Positions 31,812 through 41,264 of a stretch of DNA of 64,000 nt are shown piece after piece. This DNA is from a virus. Lineage: Duplodnaviria > Caudoviricetes. Location: the IMG/VR virus record IMGVR_UViG_3300029305_003514, positions 1 through 64,000 of that record. The stretch is one strand, 5' to 3'. The notes beneath the pieces are model-generated. The model searched no databases. It saw only the letters and a program-made list of their open reading frames with translations, and was not told where the DNA came from. The translations under genes were made by a program, and so were the position numbers. The first letter of the stretch is position 1. Each line of letters opens with the position of its first letter.

Positions 31812-33736
31812 TCTCCAATCATCTGTAAAAATTCTTCTTCTGAAATAACTGGAATATTTAATTCCATGGCTTTTTTATATTTGCTGCTACTAGAAGATTC
31901 ATTAGTTAATAGATAGTCTGTCTTTTTAGAAACAGATCCTGCTGTCTTTGCACCTAAAGAAACAATCTTTTCATTAATCGAATCTCTGGTGAAATGATTG
32001 AGTTTACCAGTTACTACAATAGTCTTTCCAGTAAATTGATTTGTTGCGACTTCCTGCTTTTCAGGAATAATAAAATTCATTTCATCGGCAAGGCGGCCAA
32101 CATCAATGATATATTCATCAAAAAATTTAACCAAATTGTCTGCCATAACTTCGCCAAAATCATCTAGCTGCGTGAAATCATATTCATGATTCCACATATC
32201 CCATAATGTATTCCAATCACCATTGCAGGCTTTAGAAATGGTCTTTGAAGCAGATAGACCAATATTAGGAATACCAAGAGCGCAAATAAAATTTTCCAAC
32301 TTTACATTTCTTGAATCCTCTATAGATTTTAACATATTTAAAACAGACTTTTCACCAAATCCTTCAAGAGATATAAGTTCATCCTTATAGGCAGAAAGAT
32401 AATAAATACTTCTATAATTATGGATAAAATTATGTGAAATTAGAGTCTCCAGTATTGCCTCTGATATTCCTTGAATATTCATTGCTTTGCGAGATACAAA
32501 ATGAGTAAATTTACCAAGCTTTTTGCCAGAACAATTGTCGTTAGTACAAATTAAAACTTCAGAATCATTTTCTTTAACAATCTTTGTTAAAGCTTCACAA
32601 ACTGGACAATAACTTGGGAGAGCAATATAATCAGGTTTTCTTTTTTCTGCAGAAATATTTCTTTTTACCTGAGGGATTATTTGATTAGCTTTAAAGACCT
32701 CAATAGTATCTCCAACATGCAAATCTAATTTAGTCAAAATAGAAACATTATGCACAGATGCTCTTTCGACTGTAGTACCATCAATTTCAACGGGTTCAAA
32801 TACAGCAGTAGGTGTAAGCACCCCTGTTTTACCCATAGTCCAATCAATACCTAAAAGCTTTGTCTCGTATAGTTCATCATAAAATTTAAATGCATATGCA
32901 GCATTGTTATGATGTGAAGTTGAACCTAGACCTTCTCCATATTTAATATCATCAAATCTTCCAACTAAACCATCTATTGGATATCCATATTCTTTTGCCC
33001 GATCAATTAAAAACTCTTTAGCATCCCAATCAAAAGAACTTACCCATGGTACAACAAGAAATCCCTGCTTCTCAATCGAAATTAATTTATTCAAGAAACT
33101 ATTTTCATCCTCAAATCCTTTGACTACATTCCACGCCACAAATGTTAATGGTCTTTTTGCACATTCTCTTGAATCAAGTAGTCTAATGCTTCCTGATGCG
33201 AAATTTCTTGGATTTTTATATTCTGTAGAAAATGGCTTAAAGTCATTATATGTACAAATTATTTCACCATCAATGATAAGTTCATTCTTATATTGAATGT
33301 TTTTAGGGATGCTTTTAACGGTCTTAATATTATGAAGTATATCTTCTCCAATTTCACCATTTCCACGAGTTTCTGCAGATACTAATTCGCCATTTGCATA
33401 TCTTAAACTACATGTCAAGCCATCCATCTTTAACATGCCTATAACTGATTTGGCACCGAAATATCTAACGAATTCATTCCAATCTTTTGTTTTATCTAAA
33501 GAAAGCATAGGATGATTATGTTTAACCTTAGTTAGTTCAGTCTTAACTTCATAGCCGACGGTTTGGGTAGGAGAAGTGGCTAGAATAAATCCAGTTTCTT
33601 CTTCGAGAGAAACTAATTCATCAAATAGTTGATCGTATTCAAAATCAGAAACCTCGGGGCGAGACTCATTATAATATAGATCACGATGATAATTAAGTTG
33701 CTCAACAAGTTCTTTAATTCTATCAATTTTATCCAT
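31808..33736 (-). CDS. ligA: NAD-dependent DNA ligase
   Basis: HPMLSLDK, KMDG adenylation motif, NPRNFASG, Zn finger, HhH and BRCT (GSVSKKTDYL). Confidence 0.95.
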   Translation of the reverse strand: MDKIDRIKELVEQLNYHRDLYYNESRPEVSDFEYDQLFDELVSLEEETGFILATSPTQTVGYEVKTELTKVKHNHPMLSLDKTKDWNEFVRYFGAKSVIGMLKMDGLTCSLRYANGELVSAETRGNGEIGEDILHNIKTVKSIPKNIQYKNELIIDGEIICTYNDFKPFSTEYKNPRNFASGSIRLLDSRECAKRPLTFVAWNVVKGFEDENSFLNKLISIEKQGFLVVPWVSSFDWDAKEFLIDRAKEYGYPIDGLVGRFDDIKYGEGLGSTSHHNNAAYAFKFYDELYETKLLGIDWTMGKTGVLTPTAVFEPVEIDGTTVERASVHNVSILTKLDLHVGDTIEVFKANQIIPQVKRNISAEKRKPDYIALPSYCPVCEALTKIVKENDSEVLICTNDNCSGKKLGKFTHFVSRKAMNIQGISEAILETLISHNFIHNYRSIYYLSAYKDELISLEGFGEKSVLNMLKSIEDSRNVKLENFICALGIPNIGLSASKTISKACNGDWNTLWDMWNHEYDFTQLDDFGEVMADNLVKFFDEYIIDVGRLADEMNFIIPEKQEVATNQFTGKTIVVTGKLNHFTRDSINEKIVSLGAKTAGSVSKKTDYLLTNESSSSSKYKKAMELNIPVISEEEFLQMIGE

Positions 33737-33740
33737 TATG

Positions 33741-33929
33741 TCACCTCAACATATTTGCAAGTATTACCATAAGTTCATCATCTTCTATATAAAAAATATC
33801 CTTCTGATACTCTAGCTGTATATATCTTGCAATATTGCTAAAAATTTGCCCACATCTTAAATCGGGATACCTAGACCATAGTGTTGCAAAATCATCGCAA
33901 AAAGGTTTAATTCTATTTGGATCACGCAT
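33741..33929 (-). CDS. Conserved small phage protein (MRDPNRI family)
   Basis: MRDPNRI...W..YPDLRxGQ...FYIEDD pattern. Confidence 0.65.
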   Translation of the reverse strand: MRDPNRIKPFCDDFATLWSRYPDLRCGQIFSNIARYIQLEYQKDIFYIEDDELMVILANMLR

Positions 33930-33938
33930 TGCTGCTCC

Positions 33939-34235
33939 TCACCTTCTTCCTAAATATTCCCAATAGCAATAATCATAACATGCTTCTTCGTTTGTAAATC
34001 CAATTTCATGATAATGTTTTTTATTTAATATATATTCTTTGACCTCTTCTGTAAATTCATCAAAAATTACAAATGGCCAATCAATAATTGTATGTGGCCG
34101 ATCACATTCGTCTACATCTGCAATCCATCCGTACATATAGTCGTACCACAATTCCTTAGGATGGCCGTGGTGATTAATCCATATCTGATCATCAATTTTT
34201 GGTTTATGAATATTTACTTCAATCATTATTGACAC
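33939..34235 (-). CDS. Hypothetical protein
   Basis: ORF with SD within the operon. Confidence 0.5.
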   Translation of the reverse strand: MSIMIEVNIHKPKIDDQIWINHHGHPKELWYDYMYGWIADVDECDRPHTIIDWPFVIFDEFTEEVKEYILNKKHYHEIGFTNEEACYDYCYWEYLGRR

Positions 34236-34355
34236 CTCTTAAGAAATTTTCTAATTCTAGTTTTCTATTATCTAATTCGTCCTGACTAATAACATTTTCT
34301 TCTGCGCCATCAATTTTCTTCCCAAAATTATAGAAGTGATCATGGGTTTCTATAA

Positions 34356-34850
34356 TCATTGTTTTACCCTCTTATTTTGTACAAGTCTTTTAAACTTAGT
34401 ATCATTATTTTGGATGTATTTATCAATCAATCTACTTTGATCTTTTGTCTCAGCATAAGCAGTTATTGAAAGAGTCTTATCCCAATTCAAATCATAAGTA
34501 TCATTGATTATATTGGTAATTTTATTTGCCGCCAAAAAGTCTCTAAACTTCTTCATTTCATCAACATCGTCAGACAAAATAACGTTCACATAAGTTCTGT
34601 CTTTACTAAATCTATTATTAAACGCAATAGCTAGGCAACAGCCAACACCACTTGCGATAGATACAATTATAATTGAAAGCATACCATCACTTTCAACAAT
34701 GTTTTTAGTAATAAGAAAATAAATAAAATTAGATAAACCTAATGATATACCAGCCAATATACTTTTATTATGCTGTACAAGAATAGTTTTTGCTGTGCCA
34801 AGCATATTATCTAGCATTTTTGCAAAGAATAAAATAATTAAAGTTGTCAA
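34356..34850 (-). CDS. Membrane protein, DUF5698/DUF2179-like
   Basis: Three N-terminal TM helices (FFAKMLDNMLGTAKTILV) followed by a small soluble domain. Confidence 0.6.
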   Translation of the reverse strand: MTTLIILFFAKMLDNMLGTAKTILVQHNKSILAGISLGLSNFIYFLITKNIVESDGMLSIIIVSIASGVGCCLAIAFNNRFSKDRTYVNVILSDDVDEMKKFRDFLAANKITNIINDTYDLNWDKTLSITAYAETKDQSRLIDKYIQNNDTKFKRLVQNKRVKQ

Positions 34851-34874
34851 GCTATCGCCCCCTTTTTAAAATTT

Positions 34875-35201
34875 TTATGTATTAATATCTTTTACTTCGC
34901 CAAACTGTTTAGAAAACTCAATTAAAATGTCTTCCATTTCAGATGGATAAATAGGTATATTACCACCATAATAATCATGCATATATTTCATAAATCTAGC
35001 CGCACCATGAAAAAATATTTTCCAGTAAAGTTCAATTATCTCTTCTGGAGTTTTTAACTCTTTTTCCTCATAACAATCAAACCAATACTCTTTATTGATA
35101 TAATCGGTATCTGGATCAAATGTACTTACTCGATACATTCCTCTATCTTTGTCATAATCTACGAAGAAATCATTGCTTTCAGCAATTCTAATTAAACTCA
35201 T
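34875..35201 (-). CDS. Hypothetical protein
   Basis: SD gaaggtga before MSLIRIAES. Confidence 0.5.
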   Translation of the reverse strand: MSLIRIAESNDFFVDYDKDRGMYRVSTFDPDTDYINKEYWFDCYEEKELKTPEEIIELYWKIFFHGAARFMKYMHDYYGGNIPIYPSEMEDILIEFSKQFGEVKDINT

Positions 35202-35445
35202 ATAAATCACCTTCTTCATCTGGAGACCCATGTATACCAAATAACTGATTATCCCAAAGACATTCTCTTGCTTTGATAGACATGCCGACAAGTTCATCAA
35301 TTAACTTCTTTAAATCTTCAACATTATGACAACCATCGTAATCACATCCGATTGCCCAGATATCAAATAGCCATTCATCTACGCAATCTGGTTCAGCTCT
35401 TTCTACATCGTACTCTTCATCATACCAAAGTTTCATATCTTTCAC
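35188..35445 (-). CDS. Hypothetical acidic protein
   Basis: Overlapping ORF within the operon. Confidence 0.5.
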   Translation of the reverse strand: MKDMKLWYDEEYDVERAEPDCVDEWLFDIWAIGCDYDGCHNVEDLKKLIDELVGMSIKARECLWDNQLFGIHGSPDEEGDLYEFN

Positions 35446-35992
35446 CGCTTAAAATTCGTATATAATGTTTATCATATAAATTTCTTAAAAATTCTTCTGA
35501 TGGAACTTTATTTGTTTTTAACATTTCATAAAATACATCGTTGAAAAAATCTTTTTGAACCTGATGCATCTTTAATGGCTTAGATGATTTATTTTTCCAC
35601 CAATCGTATTCTTTTTGGAAGCTAAAACTCTTTCCATTATAAGCTCTGCCCGCACCAAGATAATCACAAAGCATCTCTATAGTTTCTTTATATGGCATAC
35701 ATAATGGCATACCACCATTATCAAAATTATCCTGCCAATGTTCGTAGTGATGTTTATTTACTCCCTTATGATGAAGCCAAGCCTTTGAATATCCATTAAT
35801 CTTTTTACATTGATCTATGGGAGATGAAGTACCAGTATAATACTTTACACCTTCAAAAAACTCGATAGGATGAAATTTTGAAAAATCATGTAAAAATCCT
35901 CTTAGTGGAATTCTAAATTGAATTGAATAATAAAATACCCAAAACTTATGTTTTAATACTGTTTTTAGATGGCCAAAAAATTTATGAATCAT
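35420..35992 (-). CDS. DUF5662-like HD-type hydrolase
   Basis: HDFSKF, AWLHHKGVNKHH and EMLCD. Confidence 0.75.
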   Translation of the reverse strand: MIHKFFGHLKTVLKHKFWVFYYSIQFRIPLRGFLHDFSKFHPIEFFEGVKYYTGTSSPIDQCKKINGYSKAWLHHKGVNKHHYEHWQDNFDNGGMPLCMPYKETIEMLCDYLGAGRAYNGKSFSFQKEYDWWKNKSSKPLKMHQVQKDFFNDVFYEMLKTNKVPSEEFLRNLYDKHYIRILSGERYETLV

Positions 35993-36010
35993 GACTTACT
36001 CTCCAAGTGA

Positions 36011-36469
36011 TTATCGTAGCATTTCTCCAACAACCTTGCTAACAATCTTCATATCAACCTTGCCTCTTAGATGTACAGAAACAAGCTTCATAATTACACC
36101 ACGATTAGTCTTATCAACTTCTAGTCCAACTTCCTTCATGCAATTAAGAATCATACCTTCAATTACGGTGGGATCAATAATAAGCTGCGGTGCAAATTCA
36201 TTAATAATTTTAAGCTGCTCGTTATATTCTGCCATCTTTTCAGTTCTATCTGCGGGGCAAGTATCAATCATTTCCTGCGTAGTCTTCTTGCACTTTAAGA
36301 GAACTTCATTTACCATTTCCTCAGTAATATTGTCTCGGCAATTCTTATCAATAGCCGCTTTCTTAACGCTTGCTATAAGGTCGGTAATTACGCCCTTACG
36401 AAATTTATTTCCATTCTTCATAGCCTGAATCATCTCAGACTGTAGCTTTTCTAACGTCATATTACTCAA
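36011..36469 (-). CDS. GatB/YqeY domain protein
   Basis: AMKNGNK...IINEFAPQ...GVIMK...GKVDMKIVSKVV. Confidence 0.85.
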   Translation of the reverse strand: MSNMTLEKLQSEMIQAMKNGNKFRKGVITDLIASVKKAAIDKNCRDNITEEMVNEVLLKCKKTTQEMIDTCPADRTEKMAEYNEQLKIINEFAPQLIIDPTVIEGMILNCMKEVGLEVDKTNRGVIMKLVSVHLRGKVDMKIVSKVVGEMLR

Positions 36470-36617
36470 CCCTCCAAACCAGTTAATCTAGCTATCATCA
36501 TGCTAAATAAAACTATCCAATATTGAGGTGTTTTAACAGAATACCCAGAAATATACATAGTCGCACATACAATAACTACAACAATGAAATATATTAAAGT
36601 AGAAATTTTAATCATTC

Positions 36618-36929
36618 TTAATTCTCCCTTGTAATAAAATCATATACATCTTCCCAAGTATTAATAACTACCGGAATACCATCGACTATAATATCTCCAA
36701 ATTCAAGATCTTCAAGCCAATCACGCTCAAATGCAAAATAACTAACCCATCCATCGCTATCATTAAGATCTTCTTCAAGAAGATTAATAACAATATCAAA
36801 AGGTTCAGTTATATAAAATCCACAAAAGTCATTATTCAAACATTTCAAGGCATCATCTACTGCGCTCATTTTTCTATCAAGTTCCTGAAGGGAATTAATT
36901 GCCTTAACAAAAGTTTCCTTACTAATCAT
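36618..36929 (-). CDS. Hypothetical protein
   Basis: SD ggaggag; acidic phage ORF. Confidence 0.55.
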   Translation of the reverse strand: MISKETFVKAINSLQELDRKMSAVDDALKCLNNDFCGFYITEPFDIVINLLEEDLNDSDGWVSYFAFERDWLEDLEFGDIIVDGIPVVINTWEDVYDFITREN

Positions 36930-36930
36930 A

Positions 36931-37212
36931 TTAAACTCCTCCATTATGACGTTTATTATGTATTGGATTTACTGGCACGAAATTTTTATAATTATTGCAC
37001 GAGTTACATTCTGTAATAAATCCGCAATCAAATTCGCATCCGTAAACGTAATAACCATTATTGCAATAATCACAAATGTTTATTTTGCTGTCTTGAATCA
37101 ATTCATTTTTAATCTGCTTTATCTTTTTCAAATGCTGAAGTTCATGAAGTTTACATAAATAATCATTCGTAAATTCCTTTTTGCAAAAATCACATTTATA
37201 AACCGTTGTCAT
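36931..37212 (-). CDS. Cys-rich zinc-finger-like hypothetical protein
   Basis: YKCDFC...C..HE and further CxxC motifs. Confidence 0.55.
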   Translation of the reverse strand: MTTVYKCDFCKKEFTNDYLCKLHELQHLKKIKQIKNELIQDSKINICDYCNNGYYVYGCEFDCGFITECNSCNNYKNFVPVNPIHNKRHNGGV

Positions 37213-37418
37213 TTCTTAGGTCTACCTCTTTTCTTCTCTGGGGCAACATCATCTTTTACTGGCGCTTCGGGCTTTTCCATCCAATGGGTAACTCTTAGAT
37301 ATGTACTCCATCGCTTATTAGAATAAATACATACTTTCATCTGGCCCTCTTCGGTGTAGACGAGCACTTCTTTACCATTAGGAGGCGGATTAGCTACCGC
37401 ATCATTCCACACATTCAT
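37209..37418 (-). CDS. DUF551-like protein
   Basis: W...PP...VLV...VTHWMEKPEAP; C-terminal KKRGRPKK AT-hook-like tail. Confidence 0.65.
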   Translation of the reverse strand: MNVWNDAVANPPPNGKEVLVYTEEGQMKVCIYSNKRWSTYLRVTHWMEKPEAPVKDDVAPEKKRGRPKK

Positions 37419-37519
37419 TTCAATTCCTCCATTAATTTTGTATCGTAAGTATACTACATTAATTTTGTTTTGTCAATATGGTAAAAATGCCCAAAGATTT
37501 CTCCTTGGGCATGTATATT

Positions 37520-38392
37520 TTAGTGAGCATTTAAATCATATTCATGAAGTAAATCAATTTGTTTTTTAAGAAAGTGTGGTAAATTATTATAGTATTTAGT
37601 ATTCATAAATGGGCCCATATGATTTCCTATAAGCCATGCAATTTCTATACAATCTTTTTCAAACATACCGTATGAAACCCAAGATCCCACATTATCATGT
37701 GAATAAAAATGGGCAACATCAGTATCGTTACCTTTAGTATCCTTAAATGCTTTAACATAAGGTTTACCAATATCATGAACAAATGCAGCTAGTTGAATAT
37801 TGACAGCAACATTATTTTTTATTGCAAGATTATATGCTTCAACACAATGATCAAGAATATTTAAACTATGATGAGGATTATCATGAGGAATGTCCATTGT
37901 GTTCATCATGTTGATAGCGTAATTATCTATATCAAAATCTTGAGGCTTAATAATTTTAATTACATCAATTCCTTCATCATAATAAACTGGTTGAAATCTT
38001 TTAAGCATTTTATCAATTACTGCTTTACCAACAGTACGTTTTCTAGCTGCATCTCTCTCAATACAAGTTTCAATTGGTGCCCAAATTACATGTGCTTCAA
38101 TTTGTACAAACTTAGGACAAAGAGAAATAATAGAAGCTCTATCTTTTCTTGTAATATTTGTTGCATCATACACAACATCGGTGCCCATATTTAAAGCAGC
38201 GATAGCTCTTTCCTGCATAAAAGAAAATACTTCATGCGGATCTCCTTGGATAGATTCATCTCCATACAATTGTCTTCTAATATCATCAGAAGATAAACGA
38301 TATACTCGATGATCTTCCATATATTTTACTGCATATGTAGATTTCCCGCTGCCAGGGATTCCAACTAAGAGGATAAGTTTTACTCTGTCCAT
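37520..38392 (-). CDS. Polynucleotide kinase (AAA_33) fused to an HD domain
   Basis: GIPGSGKST, SSDDIR and DATN motifs; HDNPHH...H...HDIGKP HD domain. Confidence 0.85.
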   Translation of the reverse strand: MDRVKLILLVGIPGSGKSTYAVKYMEDHRVYRLSSDDIRRQLYGDESIQGDPHEVFSFMQERAIAALNMGTDVVYDATNITRKDRASIISLCPKFVQIEAHVIWAPIETCIERDAARKRTVGKAVIDKMLKRFQPVYYDEGIDVIKIIKPQDFDIDNYAINMMNTMDIPHDNPHHSLNILDHCVEAYNLAIKNNVAVNIQLAAFVHDIGKPYVKAFKDTKGNDTDVAHFYSHDNVGSWVSYGMFEKDCIEIAWLIGNHMGPFMNTKYYNNLPHFLKKQIDLLHEYDLNAH

Positions 38393-38409
38393 AATATCAG
38401 TCCTTTTTT

Positions 38410-39219
38410 TTATTCCTCAATTTCTTTCTTGAACGAATGCTTTAAAATATTGATAAGAACGCCATTCATAATATCATCTACTTCTTTATCAATGACAATT
38501 TCATAATTATCCATATAAGCCTGCTTAACCATTTTTACAATTTCAACACAATTATCTGCAAGATCAATAGCATCTTCAAGAGAATATCCATACCCAGATT
38601 TTACGCTAATTAAATAATTCGGGCGAGTTGGAATAAGACATTCTGCATACGGAACTCCATGAATATATCTTTTAAGAAATTCTTCACAGCGCAAAATATG
38701 ATGAAGTTGTTTGTTATCGTAACCATACTTCTCAATCTTCTCTCTTAGTCCTTCATATGGGTGACATAAAGCTTTACGCTTTTCAAAAACCATGCCTGCA
38801 ATGCAATTTACTGCTGCATAATTGTTATAATGAGCAATACGTTCATTGTTATCAAACATTGGCTGATATAAATCTTCATACTCAGGATTTAAATATTTGT
38901 ATTTACTAAAGAGGATCTCGATAAAGTTGATATTCTGTTTCCTGAAACATTCATGCATTAATCGAATGTCTTTTAAATCGATATGAGAATTATCTTCTTT
39001 GATGAGCGTAGTGCTTACAGGCTTCTTATTAAGAACAAAATCGGTAAATGATGGAATTAAAATTACCTTAGTATCGATGTCGCTTCCTTCATAATCTAAG
39101 TTATAGTTCTGGGAGCCTTGTAAAAAGACTCCCAAAACATTATGACCAAGAGAGGTTACATAATTAAAATCTTCTATAAGACGTTGATTAATCTGTTTTT
39201 CTCTTTTCTCCATATCCAT
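38410..39219 (-). CDS. Pol-beta-superfamily nucleotidyltransferase
   Basis: GSQNYNLDYEGSDID (GS...DxD) and NFIEILFS. Confidence 0.8.
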   Translation of the reverse strand: MDMEKREKQINQRLIEDFNYVTSLGHNVLGVFLQGSQNYNLDYEGSDIDTKVILIPSFTDFVLNKKPVSTTLIKEDNSHIDLKDIRLMHECFRKQNINFIEILFSKYKYLNPEYEDLYQPMFDNNERIAHYNNYAAVNCIAGMVFEKRKALCHPYEGLREKIEKYGYDNKQLHHILRCEEFLKRYIHGVPYAECLIPTRPNYLISVKSGYGYSLEDAIDLADNCVEIVKMVKQAYMDNYEIVIDKEVDDIMNGVLINILKHSFKKEIEE

Positions 39220-39228
39220 AATTATTAA

Positions 39229-39427
39229 TCACCTTTTTTCACTTGAAAATACTGGTCTTAAAAGACATAAAATAAGCCAGATACCTGTTGCAATCTTCAA
39301 AGAGAAATTTATATTAAAACAGATACAGATTAGCTTAACCAATCCAATTGTTATGGCCCAACTTAATGTAAGTGCGAGAATTATTATAAATAGCATAACA
39401 ATAATATGTTCTTTATTCTTCATACAT
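39229..39427 (-). CDS. Small membrane protein
   Basis: Two hydrophobic helices; start codon uncertain. Confidence 0.45.
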
Positions 39428-39464
39428 TTACTTAGATTATTCTTCATTTATATCACCTACTTTG

Positions 39465-40160
39465 TTAATTTATATTCTGTATCTTATTAAGTTTACTCCA
39501 ATTATACCAACCATAAATACAATTAGCAGTCCAAGCAATATACATTGCTACCATAGACCAGTTTCCTGCAACAAACCATAGTTTAATACAGAATATATCA
39601 ATGAGTAGCCACCAAATCCACTGTTCACGATAACGACGAACCATTAAAATCTGTGCAAAAATTGCCATAACATTAGTTGCCGCATCAGTATAAGCTTGGG
39701 CGCTTCCAATACCATTAAGCCAATAGCCCATAATAATAGTTGCAATAACCGTTCCTACGATGGATATAATCCATTGTGCAGTAGAAAATTTCTTTGCTGT
39801 AATATCCGAAGTACCATCGTCATTCTTAGTCATATTATTCTTCCATACAAAAATGCCCCAAATCATAGTGACGAAATAAAAGATATTTTCAAGTACTTCT
39901 CCATAAAAACAATTCTGCCAAGCAAGAAATAGATAGGTTACAGTTTGTACAAATCCAATAAAGTAAAAAGACAACTTGCCCTTTGCACAAAGCACTACAG
40001 AAATAACTCCTGCAATACCTGCAATAATATTTAGAAGGGTATCTGGAGAAACGCAGAATACAATAATCTGTAGTGCAAGCATAGATAACATAAACAATTT
40101 TTCAAAAGTGTTATAGCCAGTCCAAAATTCGTTTTTTATCCACTGTTTAATGTTTGCCAT
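39465..40160 (-). CDS. pnuC: Nicotinamide riboside transporter PnuC
   Basis: Multi-TM protein with AQILMVRRYREQWIWWLLID and YGWYNW; coupled to nadR. Confidence 0.9.
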   Translation of the reverse strand: MANIKQWIKNEFWTGYNTFEKLFMLSMLALQIIVFCVSPDTLLNIIAGIAGVISVVLCAKGKLSFYFIGFVQTVTYLFLAWQNCFYGEVLENIFYFVTMIWGIFVWKNNMTKNDDGTSDITAKKFSTAQWIISIVGTVIATIIMGYWLNGIGSAQAYTDAATNVMAIFAQILMVRRYREQWIWWLLIDIFCIKLWFVAGNWSMVAMYIAWTANCIYGWYNWSKLNKIQNIN

Positions 40161-41262
40161 TTTCAATAATCTCCCTTACATCATCTACAATTCTCTTAAA
40201 ATTATTCCAATAACCACCATCAAGAATTGTTACCTTATCCCAATTACCAGAATTCTTAATATTCTTACAAAGAATTTCAAATAGTTCCCAACGCTCTTTC
40301 ATCCCAGAATGTGCCATATATCGTTCGTGATCATCAACAAACAAACCATGAGGGCACAGTAAATAAATTTTATCCCACTTAGACTTGCGGGTTAACTCAT
40401 CTGCCATTATAGCAATTTTTTCAAACTCTGCTTCGGTAAGAGCACAAGTATCATCTTTTGCATAATACTCTGCATACATACGAGTTACCATAGAATCAGA
40501 ATCTGCAAAGAAAATTCCATGATTTGCAGGAGAATTGATAAGCTTCTTATTCAGGTTATATTGTCCTTCAAGAAATGCCATATAATCAGCGCTGTCAAGT
40601 TCCCAGTCAGAAACGCAACTATCACGCATATAATCTCTTGCCCATTCATGACTATAGGGTGCATTAAAATACTTGCCTAAATCTGCGGTCATAGTGGTTT
40701 TTCCTTCGGATGCCGTGCCACAAATTAGAATATTAGTACTAAATACTCTACGGAAAGGGAAGGTAATTTTATCCCAATGCTTAATAGGGTTGTTACGAAT
40801 CATAGTAGCACAAATGGGATTCTCTGCTACCCTATCTACCAGAACAGCGTCTTCGTTTCGTTCAAGTAAATCATTGTAATAATTCTCGTCTCCAACATAC
40901 CAACGGCGATTTACTGCGGAGTCCTTAACCGCCTTACTCCAAATTCTATTAAATTCCTTCATCCAACCAGACCAACCATTTGGATACTCTGCAATACCAA
41001 GCTCGCTATCATTAATACTGTATACTGCAACGAAATCATCATCTGCAAAAAATTCACGGACGTAACGGTAGCGCTTAGTATGAGGCATTAGGGGCTCTCC
41101 TTTATCACCATCATACCCACAAGAAATAACAATACAGCCACCATCACATTCTTTCTTTGCCCTCATAATTAAATCTAAATGCCCCTGATGAAGAGGGGCA
41201 AAAGATCCAAAAACAATACCAATAGTATTACCACTCAAAGGTTTCTGATAAGCATGTAACAT
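40147..41262 (-). CDS. nadR: NadR-like bifunctional NMN adenylyltransferase / ribosylnicotinamide kinase
   Basis: FGSFAPLHQGH (HxGH) and GTASEGKTT P-loop; no N-terminal HTH. Confidence 0.9.
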   Translation of the reverse strand: MLHAYQKPLSGNTIGIVFGSFAPLHQGHLDLIMRAKKECDGGCIVISCGYDGDKGEPLMPHTKRYRYVREFFADDDFVAVYSINDSELGIAEYPNGWSGWMKEFNRIWSKAVKDSAVNRRWYVGDENYYNDLLERNEDAVLVDRVAENPICATMIRNNPIKHWDKITFPFRRVFSTNILICGTASEGKTTMTADLGKYFNAPYSHEWARDYMRDSCVSDWELDSADYMAFLEGQYNLNKKLINSPANHGIFFADSDSMVTRMYAEYYAKDDTCALTEAEFEKIAIMADELTRKSKWDKIYLLCPHGLFVDDHERYMAHSGMKERWELFEILCKNIKNSGNWDKVTILDGGYWNNFKRIVDDVREIIENGKH

Positions 41263-41264
41263 AT

